DNA of 64,000 nt from the human T2T-CHM13v2.0 reference genome, Homo sapiens. Made by a program: the position numbers and the translations under genes. Below are positions 37,062 to 53,974 of this stretch, piece by piece. The notes under the pieces were generated by a model. That model was not told the DNA's origin, did not search any database, and was given only the letters and a program-made list of their open reading frames with translations. The stretch lies in the NCBI RefSeq assembly GCF_009914755.1, contig NC_060933.1; one strand, 5' to 3'. Each line of letters opens with the position of its first letter. Position 1 is the stretch's first letter.

Positions 37062-38157
37062 CAGTATCTCTCAATCTTGATTTAGGGGTTAGAGACTTCT
37101 TGGCCCCGACTTTGTGACCACTTTCACTAGTTATCTCCATGCCCACTCTGGAGAAGTGAAGCTAGGGAGGCCTTCAGCTGCTGGCTCACTAGGAAGCACT
37201 CACAGCGGGAGGGAGCCGACTCTGCCCTCCAGGTGGTTTTAGGTCCACATCTGTGGAGGGCCAGGAGCTGGTAACTATTCTGTGATGCACGTTGAATTTT
37301 CTCCACTGTAACTCATTCCCTGGACATCTTGTCAGTTCACTCACAAATGAGATGTTGACAGTATTTGTGTTAGAACAGCATGTCCTAAAGTGGCATTTTA
37401 CATGTAGCTGCTTTGTGCATTTATCTTTTATAATACAAAACTATTATCCTTAAAAAAATGTCATTTAAGTACAAGCTTAAAAAAGACTTTCGGAAGTAGT
37501 TACCAATTTAGGGATACACCTGGGATATGACATTATTCTTTTTAATCAAAACTTCAGCCCCATGGAAAATGTAGCAGTAGACACTTTAGATGACAGTGAC
37601 ACAAATCATATCCTTTTATGTTTGGGTAGGCTTTAACTTCTAAAATCATCTCTTACCTCATTCTCCTACTTTTAAGGAAAAAAGTTTCATTTTACCTTGG
37701 CATGTTATGACTGCTGACATGATTTCCAACATGCCATTAAATAGAATCATCTTGAAGAAGTAAGGAGGGGAAGGAAGTGGAGGGAGAAAACCCAGATTAT
37801 CAGAGGCTCTGGTAAACATTTGATAGGAATCACTATCTCCCTTAGTCCTCAAAAAACTCCACAAACCAGATATTGTGCATCTTGCAAAAGCAGAAACACA
37901 AAGCAGAAAGGTCAAGCAACTTGCCTCTGATTTCACTATTAAGGAGAGCAGAGCACAGCCTCAGGTTCAGGCCCTGGTTCTAGAGCCCCTGTTCTAACCA
38001 CTGCTTGCGGCTGCCCACCCTGCAGAACATGCTGGCATACTATGCAGAGGCAAAGGCAATGTTTTACTGAAATGTCAGAGGTTTATGTTATTGGCATACT
38101 ACAGATGACCTTCTTTGTGGCCCCAATTTTGCTTCAAATAATAGAAAATGCACAGTA

Positions 38158-38286
38158 GGCTGGGGATGGTGGCTCACACCTGTAGTACCAGCACTTTGAG
38201 AGGCTGAGGTGGGAGGATCACTTGAGTCCAGGAATTTGAGACTAGCCTGGGCAACACAGCGAGACTGTCTCTACCAAACAAAGAAA
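38158..38286 (+). mobile_element. FLAM (free left Alu monomer)
   Basis: Single monomer GGCTGGGG..GGAGGATCACTTGAG..GCCTGGGCAAC. Confidence 0.85.
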
Positions 38287-39054
38287 GTGTACAATAGTTC
38301 CACATACACATTTTACATCTGACAGAAACTAAGAAACAAAAATCTGGAATACCTCCACCTAAGACTGTACAGCCCCTGGTTACACAGATGTGACTGAATA
38401 TTTCTGTGGGACTCTCAGGTTGCTGGTTCTCATTTCCATTCTGATTTCTGCATCTTTCCACTTTCATGAATTGTATTTTACACTATGTAAGTTGCAACCA
38501 TTTGGAAAAACAAACAAAAATAAGTATTTTTGCAGCTAATTAATTTATAAAGTTTTTATTTTTAATTCACCTCATTTCAATGGGGAAAAAAGTATAAGAT
38601 ACAAAATAGAGTCATGAATAAAATAAAATAAAACGTGTATAATTGGTATTTCTACATGAACATAAATGCATGAATATGTTGTTCAATTGCTTGGTCCGAG
38701 TAATACTTTTATTTCTGAGAGTACTTGCTGTCAAAGAAAGGTTGAAACATGATCAATTACAAGACACTCAAGGTTAATAATAGAATTTAGAAAAAGCAAT
38801 GGACAGGGATGCTGCATGGTAAAGTTGCAGAGATCAGATATCAGCCCCAATTTTCTTTTTTTTATACAATGGTGATGATGATGTTGATATTAATAATCAT
38901 CTTAACATTTACTGAGTATTAATATTACGTCTGCACTATTGTAGCACTTTGCATGTATTAACTCATCTCCTCTTCACAGAAGCCCTAGGAGGTAATATAT
39001 CAGTAATATTTGCATTTTACAGAGGCAGGAAGACACAACTGCCAAGGTCACAAG

Positions 39055-39800
39055 GTATATTAGTTTGCTAGAGACATCATAACAAAGTGCCACACACTGG
39101 GTGACTTAAACAATGGGCATTTTTTGTCTGACAGTTCTGGAGGATAGAAGTCTAACACTAAGGTGCCAGCAGGGTTGGCTCCTTCTGAAGGCTATGAACG
39201 AAGCATCTATTCCAGGCCTCTTTCCTGGTTTTGTAGACACCTGTCTTCTTCTTTGATCTCTTCACATCATCTTCCCTCTACGTGTGTCTGTCTCCAAATT
39301 TCCCTTTTTACAAGGATATTAGTCAAATTGGATTAGGGTCCCTTCACAACAACCTCATTTTAACTCCCATGTAAAGACCCTATGTCCAAATAATTCCTGG
39401 GTTCTGCAGTACTCAGTGTTTAAAAATTCAACATATGGGCTGGGCATGGTGGCTCACATCTGTAATCCTAGCACTTTGGGAGGCTGAGGCAGGCAGATCA
39501 CCTGAGGTCAGGAGTTTGAGACAAGCCTGACCAACATGGCAAAAACCCATCTCTACTAAAGGTACAAAAATTAGCTGGGCATGGTGGCAGGTGCCTGTAA
39601 TCCCAGCTACTCAGGAGGCTGAGGCAGGAGAATCACTTCAACCCAGCAGTTGGAAGTTGCAGTGAGCTGAGATAGGGCCATTGCACTCCAGTCTGGGTGA
39701 CAGAGTGAGACTCTGTTTCAAAAAAACTAAATAAATAAAAATAAAATAAAAATTCAACATTTGAATTCTGAGAGATGCATGGTTCAACCTCTAACACACG
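39055..39800 (-). mobile_element. MLT1B/C-like LTR (inside a MIR) with Alu insertion
   Basis: TATTAGTTTGCTAG...CAGTTCTGGAGG.TAGAAGTC...GGATTAGGG. Confidence 0.85.
39438..39750 (+). mobile_element. AluSx
   Basis: TSD AAAATTCAACAT. Confidence 0.95.
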
Positions 39801-40049
39801 GCCAGGAGATCTGCACACAGGCAGCCTGGCCCTGCACCCAGCCTCAGGGCTATTCAGAGTGTGGTCTGTGACCCTCAACCTCAAGTGCCACCCTGGGTTT
39901 CCCTTAGTTCCTTGAACACCTTTTTTTCAGTAAGTCTTTAGGAAGGTAACATAATGTAGGTAATTCATTCAAAGTAAGAATGTAGCTCCATTAATGACAT
40001 AAGTGCATTCTGTCCTGGTTTTGTTGGACTATTTTATTCTTCCCCTTTA

Positions 40050-40300
40050 TTTGTCCTCCCTGGATGTTAAGTCAGCCCTGTTGGGTGATGTAAAAAGGGC
40101 GAGTGTGATCTCAGGGCTCTTAGGGAGAGGGTCAATACCGTGACAGCATCAGTCAGGCAGTCTCTCACAGGAGCCATCGGCTTCCTGCGGCTTCCTCCAG
40201 AGCCTTCCTTCCTGCTGCTCCACAGGGGCTGCTGCACGGGAGACGCTGCCCTGCTGAGCTGTCATTTAAACTTATTCTGAAGATTAACAAGGCCCATCAC
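40050..40300 (+). promoter_or_regulatory. Candidate promoter/enhancer at the start of a repeat-poor block
   Basis: Locally GC-elevated unique sequence with retained CpGs and TGACAG/CTGTCA (MEIS-type) motifs, just upstream of splice signals. Confidence 0.4.
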
Positions 40301-42616
40301 TTGCAAATACTAAGCCCCTATCATGAACACAGTAAAATATTTACTTGAACAAATTAAAATATTCTATTCAATGATGATTCAGAATAAATTAAAATACTGT
40401 AGAAGTGTGTTTTATGTAAATATTTTCTCTTTTGTTCTGGATTTTAATTATCTTGAATTTTTATTTGCAGAACATTTAAGGAAGTTTCTGTTTTAAACCA
40501 GCCTTGGAGGGTTTTCATGACAAGGAATTGCACATTGGATGATCATTTCTACCTTTTGCAATAACTACTTCTTATTTGCAAGTTGTGTTTAAGTGAACAA
40601 AGGCAGTAAGTACTAAATAATTGAAAACTATTTTTTAGCAGATTTGTTGGATAACAACTATTTAAGGAGGTTAAACAAATGCCCTTCAGATTTTCAGTCA
40701 ATATTGGCTATTACTAAGCTGACTTGCTTCTTTAATCACAGGGCTTCATATGAAGTCCAGTAACTATGACTTTGAGAAGATCCTTGGTTTCCACAGCATG
40801 TATGATTCATACCCACAGGTTTCCCTGTGAAACCTTTTCCAATCTTTTACACTATGCTTCAGAATCCTGTACCTCCTACTTAAAATAAAGAACACTTAAC
40901 TAGTAAAAATATGATACTGCAAGATGAGTGTCACTAGATGATAGCATCATGCCTCCACTGTAACCCTGTCTTCATATTTAAACGCAGATACACTGTTTAC
41001 TTCTTCATAACATAAAGAGATACCAAATACTTATTCAATACCTAACAATATGCAGCATTTATATGAACTTTGACTGGGTAATCTTTCTCAAGTGGGTCCT
41101 AGAACATACATACACACACTCACACACACACTGAAAGTATCGATATAAAATATAGGTACAAAAATGTTTCAGCAGAGATTACAGAAGAATGTTGAAACTG
41201 CATAAGGCATGTTCAGAAATTTCAGAGCCAGTTGAGCAGCAAAAAACACAGAAATCCTGTCAGGAGATACTATTTCCAAAATCCTCAGAACAAAACAGTC
41301 AAACTACAGTGAGAAACCTTAGAGTGTGTTCTTGGGCAAAATCTAAGAATTTAGCCAAGGTCAAAACCCGAAGTGTCAGAGTTCACCAGTTCTGTCATCA
41401 TAATTTTTCCAGGACTCATTTTCCTCATCTGTATGATGAGGGGGTTAGCCTGGATAAAATACAGGGCCTAACCAATGCCCTGTCTCTGTAAGGGCAGCAA
41501 TATTGTGGAAGAATTTCTGCACTTTAAATATCCATCTTGGCAGCAAATCCTCAGAGTCATGAAGTAGCACGTCGTTTATCCTCGTGTATCTGGGCACAGA
41601 CGCTAGTGTTACATCCATCCCTCACTACTCATCAACATGAGTCCAAGACATCGATCAGTTCTTTATTTAGAGATAAAATGACAGGATAGATCCTCTCTGT
41701 GTGTTTATTTCACAATTCCTTCATGACTTGCATTCCCCTTTCTCATCAGAATCAGTGCCCTCCATTTCTTCTTAAAGGATGGTATTTTGACATAAATGGA
41801 AATGATTTTTGCCTTCTGTGAGACAGGGGGTTTTTTCTCCACTTTCTTGGAGGTCAATTTCCAAATCATGAATGATGGACTCACTAATTATAGTACTGTC
41901 AATGTTTTCTTGACAGGGTCTTTATTTTTTTTCCTCCAGGAGACATGGGAATGAGTACATTCCTATCTAATGTGAAAATCCAAGGTTATTTTCCTTTTAC
42001 ATAAGATCACTTTTTCCCTTAGAAATCACATAGATGGATTATAGAAGACATTTTATAGGAAATTATAAAAACTAGGAAAAAGTTGCAATATTGCAAAATT
42101 GCTGTAATATGGCAAATGAACTGAAACATGGGGTTTCATATGACATCTAGTAAATTTTATTATTTATACTGTGAAGTCCCATTAAATGATGAAATTAAAA
42201 TAGTTTAACCTGCTAAATTGTGTGTTCTTTTGACCGCTCTTGACAGGGTGGACAAAGGGTCAATTAAGAATCACCCTTTTTGATGCCAGACAAGCTCCAG
42301 TGAGTCAGAGCAAACACGTTCTGAAGTGTCTTACTCCACCACATCACAGAAACTGTCTCAACATTTTGCCATTCTTAAAATTAGTCTCCCAAGTCTATTC
42401 ATGATTCAAAGGTGGTGAACATCAGCTATATACTTTTCTGTTTTGCAGGTTACTTATAATTCCTTAAGCTGTTTCTTCCCTCCATCTCTAACATTCTTTC
42501 ATTCTTTGAAGATAAGCTATGGACAATTAGGGAAACATAACATAATTGTCTGTGCCCGTGCTTGGGTGTTTCAAATATTAGTATTGTAAAAATCTGTGAC
42601 TTAGAGGGATTATTCT

Positions 42617-42643
42617 CACACACACACACACACACACACACAC
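42617..42643. repeat. (CA)n microsatellite
   Basis: Directly visible. Confidence 0.95.
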
Positions 42644-44319
42644 CTATTATCCACAGATTAACTTATTCTACTCTTAAGAAAACATTTTATAGATGTATTC
42701 TCAATACTTCCCTTTACGGAGGATGTTTTTTCTATTATTAAATTTTAACCATACATAACTGGAAATCAATTATACTGACCACCTGCCCATATGAGCTATT
42801 CAGGCATCATTTTTTTTCCCAACACGCTATGAGCTGTGATGAGAATGAGAAAAATAGCACTTGATAAGTCAACTCCACAACCCAACTCAGTATTCTACAA
42901 GGTTCTCTTTATATTTGATTCATTTGAGAGAAAAACCCCTGAGGGTGAATATAGAGTAGGTAATGTTCAAGGAAAAAGAAAGCCTATTTTAGATATTTTC
43001 CGTGTAAATCTCAGAATATGATTAAAGGAAAGATCTTTTGAATTCAGATTTCCATGGAAACACTCACAGCATTTTTCAATGGCGAGTAAGTGAGCTACAT
43101 GATCTAACAAACCATTTTCTTACTGAATTTAAAATTGTGTTAGTTAGACACTATCAGTTTCCCTCCCTGTTCACCATGAGCCTGAGTTGTTTCCCTAGGC
43201 TTGGTAACATCCTCTCCCCTTTCCTTGTCCCTGGGTTGCTGTTGTAAAGTATGCCATCCCTGTGGTTGTTAATTCTAATGCAAATTTATTAGTCAGGCCA
43301 TTCTCAGCTCCCTATGATGGGCGTAGAAATGGGGAAGGTACCCTTGGTAGGTAACTTATCTTGTTTTGATTTCTAAATGATGTAAATGTAATAGCTTAAA
43401 AAAAATCTCCATATAACTGTTCCCTGCACCCTCTGATTGGGTAAATACTCATGCAAATTGACCATCTTATCAAATATATTTTTATGTAAGTTAAAGAACC
43501 TGCACCACATACGTAGCAAGACAACTTCCAGTCACTTCTTACCCTCTGAGCCTTGGGCTTCTCTGCAGCTGGGCAATGCTGCACAAACAGCATAAATGCT
43601 CCAGTTGGGCATTTGGTCTTAGAGAGGTAAAAGATCTAAGAATGCTTTTGCCTGTTACACAATTGGGCAGGTTGTATTTCATTTTTAAATACAAAAGAAG
43701 TAAATAATCGATGTGCCAGAAATATATTTGAATTTTTGTCAGTTGACATTTCAGTAGCCATTATGGACCCAAAGTCATTTTGTTTGAGGAGCTGATACTG
43801 GATAATATATTTTTATTTAACAAAAGTTATGATAACATATAGTCCACATGATCTGAACATGCGCGTCCTAAAAATATATTTGAAAATGAGAGAAATGCAT
43901 ATAGAGATGAGGAAAACCCTAGCTGAAAAGATAAATATATAGACGATAATTTTCTTTTAATTTGGGGAGAAGATGATGAACATGAAAAGAATTATGAGTT
44001 TGAAAATCTGTCTACAGAAACATCAGGTAATTCCTTATCTGTGCACTTACAACACATTTCCTCATATGCATGCCTGACAGCTGCCACAGCAAAGCTGCCA
44101 TTCGAGAATTTCTTTTAAAAGTTAATGTACACAAATATCCACGAGAGACTTAGTATTTCCAGAAGCTTTCAATTGGGGTAGAGTTGAAAGGGAGGGTAAT
44201 ATTTTGCAGTGCTGTGGAATAAAGCAGCATCTGGCTCAATTACATCCAGCTCTTTTATGCAGAAGATTTCCCAAAGATGGCAGTTTTGATAAATATTGAC
44301 CTCCAAAGCTCTATCATTT

Positions 44320-44764
44320 TGTCGACCTAAAAGGAAGAGGCTGAGACACAAACTCTATAATTTAAAGAGTTTACTGAGCCAAAGTGAAGACAGCTGTCAG
44401 GAGGACTCGGACCCATGTAACCTTGGATATGAGTTTGGCCTTTGTTACAAACAGATTTTTGAAGGCAAAAAAGGGGGAGAAGGCATGGCTGATACAAAGT
44501 TGTTTGTCAGGCATTCTTATTGATTTATAGAAATAACATTGATTAGCGATTGGCTATACATTATTAAGCTACAGGGTGTGGTTTATAGCGTTTGCTCTGG
44601 CATTATTAAGTTAATTTATAGCTACTTGTGGCAATAAGCAGTTTCAGGAGATGAATACCTAGCTCAAAGCGGGGAGTAGGATTTGACTGCTGCCTCATTT
44701 TAATGTCTCTCTGGGCCTCATTATTTAAAAGGACTCACATTCCTCAGATAAAAGTTCTTTTCTC
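44320..44764 (-). mobile_element. MER4-group ERV1 LTR (MER65-like)
   Basis: TGTCGACCTAAAAGG...GAGTTTACTGAGCCAAAG...TTCCTCAGATAAAAGTTCTTTTCTC. Confidence 0.7.
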
Positions 44765-45130
44765 GCCTTTTTTTTTTTTTTGAGTAATACAAAATCAATC
44801 AAGCAATATTGTCTCCATTGCACGAAGTAATGTGTTGTTTACACCATGGATATTCTAAAATGAAACCATGAATGTGAGTTGTTAAAAAAGCAAGTACAAT
44901 AAAAAATGCATGTTCAAAAATGGATACTCCCAGGCTGAGGAGCTGAGCTGTCAGCAACGGGAATGATGACTCCTGGCCTGCGAAATTCACTGAAAATTGA
45001 ATTTGAGGGCACAGAGGAGGATGGGAGTCAGTGGCTAAAGTTGTTGAGAAAGTCATTTACATTTTTCTTATTTATTATTTCTATTCTTCAGAGTCTAATA
45101 TTTTCACTAATTTTTAAAAAACTTTTTCTT

Positions 45131-45599
<469 letters not shown>

Positions 45600-45737
45600 T
45601 CAATCTCTGAAGAGAAAATATAATGACTAGTAATTAAGTTGAAAGTGGTATTTGAAAACCATCTATTAATTGTTTTACGTACTTTCTACTACCTAGTTTT
45701 AAGTTTCAACATGATTTTTAAAAAAATGTTTAATACT

Positions 45738-46048
<311 letters not shown>

Positions 46049-46356
46049 TTAATACTGATGCCTTCTTGCGTATCTCACTATTCCTAGAATTGCATTTTAT
46101 TTGTTGTTGTTGTTTTCCTTTCCCTGCTGGGCTGGGGTGGGTGGTGATATATGCAGTGATGTTTACAAGCAGAGAGACTGTTGCAGCAGAGGTCTCATCT
46201 AACAGGGAGCCTTAATGAGCAGTGGCGCTTATAAGTTAGGGAGATACTGAAGCAGGCTCCAGATTCAGTCAGGACCTCAGGATGAGAGCTTGGGGTTGGG
46301 GAAGAAAACATAAAAGTGGCTGAGTATTTTTGAGGGGTTGATGAGTCTAAGCCTAC

Positions 46357-46670
<314 letters not shown>

Positions 46671-46984
46671 CTAAGCCCACTTCTTAAGCTTTGCTCTTTG
46701 ATTTCCTGTGTACTAGGTAGGTATTTACCTTCTGCTCCTCCTTTCTAAGCTGGGGTGCCTGCGAGCCTCCATGCAGCATTCGCTGGACAGTGCTGAGGAG
46801 TCAGTTATCAGTGCCGCTGGTGGCCGTGAACGTAGCTCTGAGAAGCTGTGTGGCCAAGGGTGACATTTCCTCCAGGCAGGAAAGTCCATGAGTGTTGTTT
46901 CTTTGTCTTTGAATGAACAGTCAAGCCATGCCTCCAGACATCTTTGACATAAGCACATGCCTCCGCAAGACTTTTAAAATACTC

Positions 46985-48206
46985 TAGGGGAGAAAAGTCC
47001 TATCTTTTCTTCACCCGCCACAAGGTTTACAGCCCAAAACCCCCAAAACAAAAGACAGGTTAACAAGAGAAAAGCATAACAAAGGTATTTAATCAAAGTT
47101 TTACTTGACACAGGAGGCTTCAGAAATGAAGACCCAAACACCCAGGGGGAAACTGTATTTTTATGTTAAATCTGATGAAAGAAGTGAATAGTTGTGGAGC
47201 AACGTAACTGGACAAAATGGATATGATCTAATGGTAATAAACTGAGCAGAGCCCAGCAAGGCCTGTTTGTTCTGATTCTTCTTGGTCTCTCTGTGTGTAA
47301 CCGCCCAATGGGTTCATCTTGCCCCCTGCCTAGACAGAGCTGATTTATCAAGACAGGGGAATTGCAACAGAGAAAGTGTAATACACACAGAACCAGCTGT
47401 GTGGGAGACTGAAGTTTTATTATTGCTCAAATTAGTCTCCTGGAGCATTTGGAGATCAGAGTTTTTAAGGATAATTTGTGAACTGGTGGGGGGCAGTGAG
47501 TTGGGTGTGCGGATTGGTCAGGTCATAGGGAGTCAAAGCTGTCCTCTTGTGCTGAGTCAGTTCCTGAGTGGGGCCACAATATCAGATGAGCCAGTTTATC
47601 GATCGGGGTGATGGCTGCTGATCCATCAAGTGCAGTGTCTGCAAAATATCTCAAGAGCTGGTCTTAGGCTTTACAGTAGTGATGTTATCCCCTGGAGCAA
47701 TCTGGAAAGAACCTCGTAGCCTCCAGCTGCATGACTAGTCCTACAAAGGCAGTCTAGTCCCTAAGCAAGAAAGGGATTTGTTTTGGGAAAGAGCTGTCAT
47801 TATGTTCATTTTAAACTATAAATTATAAACTAAGTTCCTTCCAAAGTTAGTTCAGCCTACGCCAAGGAATGACGAAGGACAGCTTGGAAATTAGAAGCAA
47901 GATGGAGTTGGTTAGGTCAGATCTCTTTCACTGCCTCAGTTATAATTTTACAATGACGGTTTCATGTGTAGCATTCCTTTCTCCAGGTAAGGGGCAGGAC
48001 TCCTCTGGAATGAGGGTCTTATGAGCTCTCAGGGGAGGTAGGTAAAAGATAACCTTTCTAGATTTTATGGCTTGTTTCAGGAGACAGAAGGATGGGAGAA
48101 GGCCAAAGAGAACTACTTGCTTCTAAACCCCTCCTGTCTCCTTTAGTGCAACAATCCACACATGCCAAGGCACCATACTTTGGGGTACTGTGCTCTGAGC
48201 TCCGAT
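46985..48206 (-). mobile_element. MER39/MER34-group LTR split by LTR8
   Basis: Similar to 7645-8240 (TTTAATCAAAGTTTTAC..., GAAGACCCAAA, end CTCTGAGCTCC). Confidence 0.7.
47296..47964 (-). mobile_element. LTR8-family solo LTR
   Basis: TGTAACCGCCCAATGGGTTCATCTTGCC...GGTTTCA; TSD TGTG. Confidence 0.88.
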
Positions 48207-48372
48207 AATGCAAAGAAGTAAAACCATGTCACGCTAAATGTTTAATATGCAGCTGGGAGTTTTATCTAATAAATGCAATAACAGAAATCATATCTCCTCA
48301 TGACATTAGGGTTTTACATAGGCACTCCATGGTCTCAAACAGATTGTAGCTTCAATCTCTACATAGCTGCTA

Positions 48373-48750
<378 letters not shown>

Positions 48751-48812
48751 ATTATGTAACTGGCCTGCTCAAGATAATTAATTTTGTGTAATTACTGAAC
48801 ATATTAAAGTCT

Positions 48813-49118
48813 CTTTATTTTATTTTATCTTTTTTTGAGACAGAGTCTCGCTCTGTCCCCCAGGCTGGAGTGCAGTGGCGCCATCTCGGTTCACTGTAAG
48901 CTCCGCCTCCCGAGTTCACATCATTCTCCTGCCTCAGCCTCCTGTGAACTGGGACTACATGAGCCCACGACCACGCCCGGCTAATTTTTTTGTATTTTTA
49001 GTAAAGACGGGGTTTCACCGTGTTGGCCAGGATGGTCTTGATCTCCTGACCTCGTGATCTGCCCGCCTCAGCCTCCCAAAGTGCTGGTATTACAGGCATG
49101 AGCCACCGCGCCCAGCCG
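48813..49118 (-). mobile_element. AluY/Sc
   Basis: Full dimer. Confidence 0.93.
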
Positions 49119-49216
49119 TAAATATTTTTTAATTAAAAAAAAAAAAGCTGGTTAGTATTCTTAAAGAAATGTTCTGTTGCAGGGTTTGGACTTATTTTCT
49201 TAAAACTGTTTCTTTT

Positions 49217-49532
49217 GGCCAGGTGCAGTGGCTCGCACCTGTAATCCCAGCACTTTGGGAGGCCGAGGCGGGCAGATCACAAGGTCAGGAGATCGAGACC
49301 ATCCTGGCGAACACGGTGAAACCCCGTCTCTACTAAAAATACAAAAAGCTAGCCGGGCGTGGTGGCGGGTGCCTGTAGTCCCAGCTACTTGAGGAGGCTG
49401 AGGCAGGAGAATGGCGTGAACCCGGGAGGCGGAGCTTGCAGTGAGCCGAGATCACGCCACTGCACTCCAGCCTGGGCAACAGAGCAAGACTCTGTCCCAA
49501 ACAAACAAACAAACAAACAAAAAAAACAAAAA
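49217..49532 (+). mobile_element. AluY
   Basis: TSD AAAACTGTTT. Confidence 0.95.
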
Positions 49533-50585
49533 ACCCACACACACCAAAAAACTGTTTTTACGTCATTATCTGAGCGGAAGCAGAACCGCATTAGGGGGTG
49601 AGTAGTTGGGCTAAATAGGACTCGCCTTTCTCATATTCTTTTTTCAGATGATACCCTGTTGAGCTGGTAGGTGGGAAGAACCAGAAAAGCGCACAGTTAC
49701 CGGAGAGGTTATTTGCCCAATGCTGAGAAACATATGTGTGTATTAGAAAAAATCATATCGACTCCCAGGAATCCTGCAACATACTGCAACTGTGATGCTG
49801 ACCAGAATGAGTGGAGATTTCCTCATGATTTCTCTGTGTGAGATGCAGGTTAAAAAAAATTATTACTTAATATATGAATAGGCAGATATTGAATAAGCTA
49901 TTGCAATGAAAAAAATAAAAGTATGCCCTAGTGAGTAAAAAATGTAAGCTGATGAAATATAATACAATTAATATGAAAACTAAATATCAAGATGGAAGGT
50001 TTGCTAGTTCACTGTGGATAATAGATCATGTACATTTTTCTAGTAAATAGAAATACTTGGCTTCCATTCACTAGAAGTCCAACATCATCTCTTTAAATTT
50101 AAGTTCGATTAAGCAATCTATTACTACCAATATTTAAAGTAGTAATTCACAAAGTGTATCTGCTTATTAAAGTCCCATGATTATCTACATTTAAGAGTTA
50201 ATGCTGCATATCACACCCCTTGGGGACGCCATACATTAACATATTTAGTTCTGATAGGACTGTTTACTTGTCTCAATCCTGATTTTCCAAAGTCATTTAA
50301 TCACAAAATTATGTAGGCAATGTCATATGATCAGGAAAAAAAATGTTCTGTGAACCCTACCCTGCAAAGGGTGATCTAAAAAATGTCAGAGATTCGAAAA
50401 TGTTTCAACTGTCTTTAGAACAAAGCAATAATCTCCTGTGGATTGCAATACTTCCTTTACTGAGAATTTGGAAAGTTTTTTGTAGATTTTTAGGTTATAG
50501 TTGGAAAGTATGCTGATTTTTTTTAACATGGAAAGTAAAAGTGGTTTTTAAATCTCTGGATTAATTTATTAACGTGTATCACTAA

Positions 50586-50897
<312 letters not shown>

Positions 50898-51455
50898 CTC
50901 AAAAAAGTTTCATAAAGCCCTAGTGCTTCATCTACTAGCCTATGTATCTCCAAATCCATTTGACCATGCAGCGTACATTTATTTTTAATCTCTTAAAGGT
51001 CAATCTGGGTGTATATATCATTGATTGGGCTACAGAATGTCAGTTATATTTTATGTCTTTGGTTAAAAAATGAGGATACAAAATTTTATTCTCAAAACAC
51101 GTTTATGTAATGTTGATTAATAAAAATAATTCACCTACTCATGTTTGATAATTAAATAATTAGTTTTATCTTTCCCATCACAGTAGGTGACACATAGAAT
51201 ATTTAGGTTTTGATTTTGTCAAGATGAAAATGAATAGCAAACCTGTTTGGAATTCTGAATTCAATCTCAATAAGGAATAGAAAAAAAAAAGCAGACTTCA
51301 TTTTAATTTGGTTTGTATTATTCTCACAGGAATATACCTGGGGCAGATAAATCTTCTAGAAAATCAGATGTTCTTTCATATGAGAATAGAGTTCAATGAT
51401 ATACTTTTCATCATACACATCACATGACAATGTCATCTTTAAATATAGTAAAGGG

Positions 51456-51820
<365 letters not shown>

Positions 51821-53119
51821 CTACAATATTGTAGTAGAAGTAAATATGGTTTAATTCACTGGAAACAGCTCTGCTCTATAGAAAATTCACAAAGATTAAA
51901 AATAAATACACTGTACATTAAACCTTTGAGCACTGGAAGCTCACCTACTTATTCATAGGCTCACATACTGTAAGGGGGTAAATCCCAAAACCCAGATAAG
52001 TCAAATGAAAACTTCATTATGCCCTCCCTTTATCTATTATATTATGTGCAGTTTTGTGAGTTTTCAACATAAATGATTAGCTTCTGAGGAATTTTAAAAG
52101 CATTTGCCATAGATCAATGATAATATGTTCTAAAAATGAGTCATCAGTTAAAGCTACAGTAACATGAATATAGTATTAATAGTTACAGTCAATGAAAAAA
52201 TGATGACTTTATTTTTGTCTTTAAGGGTATAAAAAGCATATTCAAAGTTACTGAGGGTACTGAGAGTTAATTTTTCACATCAAAAGGAAAGGGCTAAGGA
52301 AGGAATTGTTTTAGCCTTTCATTCAACATTGTAACTGCAGACAAAAAAATTACTTTGAAATAAACATACAGCTGTACCCCTTGCTAACTAAGAAAGAACT
52401 TCTTGGTCATAATTATATAATGGCCAATTTTTACTTCTAATTCTGGCTTGGATTTCCCTAGTTTATTTATTAGCCATTGAGTTATTATGATCATCCAGTT
52501 GTTAGCCTTTAGACATAATATTTGTATTAGCTGTTGATTAATTTTTTTTCCAAAATTTGCATAACTCTGGCTGTCCTATCAATTTCCCATAGAGTTATCA
52601 TTCCACTTGAATCTGTGAAAAGTGTCTGATTAAAAATCATATGGATAATTACCACCAACACTCAATTCTCAGCAGCTGTTGAGGAGGAGCTTCAGTTAGA
52701 TACACATCATCCCAAAGAGAACTCATCGTGATGGAAGGGACATTAGAAATAAGAGGAGAGTGGTTAAATCAGTAAAAGATTGACTCCATTACACTGCCAT
52801 CTGTTCATCCATGACCTTGCTTCCATTATTCTGTGCCCATTTATTGATTTAATGACATTAATATTGTTTGACAACTGCCTAGTGTCTGCAATAAATGTTA
52901 ATTTTTTTGCTCAACGGTTGTTGCATTGACCATGAAAATGTATTTAAGCATCAATCATTTTCACTGTACATCTGGTTAGAAAATATTGGACACTATACGA
53001 AGGCCTTTATAAGGAAAATACAGATAACTTGTATTTTTAGTAAACTCTACCAATGAAGCTGTGCTGATGACATACTCCCCATGACATGTCTGAGAACACA
53101 GTTCCCGTAGGAGAGGTGA

Positions 53120-53482
<363 letters not shown>

Positions 53483-53974
53483 ACAAGCGCCTATTTTGAA
53501 GGGATGTGCTACCTAAATATTTGTAGCTAACATCACATTGTTAGAAATGATGCACTGAACAGCAGTTATTATTTTACCAAAAAAAGTTTCTATGGAGGAA
53601 TCTCTTAACAAGCTTATGACAGGAGAAAAAAAAAGAAAACTAGACAAGGTTTTAAATTATTTCTACAGATCAGGTAACACAAAGGAGTCTTTAGTTCCTC
53701 AATTTTCCTAAGCACCACCTTGAGTGCTGAATAATTATATAGCAAGTCTGAAGATCTCGTATAAACATGCTACATGAGTGTTTAATGCGAATCACATAGT
53801 CTTATCTCCTGTATTAGGTCCCATGACATCTTGCTTGAGTATCTCAATATTTAATTTATTGTTCCAACCACATAATTCCCCAGTATATTTAAACATGCTC
53901 AGGTCTCTCCCAATTTACACACCCACTTGCATGATACCACACTACCCTAGAGCGAACCCTATTGCTCTATTTCC

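Noticed and set aside
43880-44032. Purine-rich exon-like stretch ending CAG|GTAATT
   Set aside because: No convincing acceptor or long reading frame; cannot be supported without RNA data
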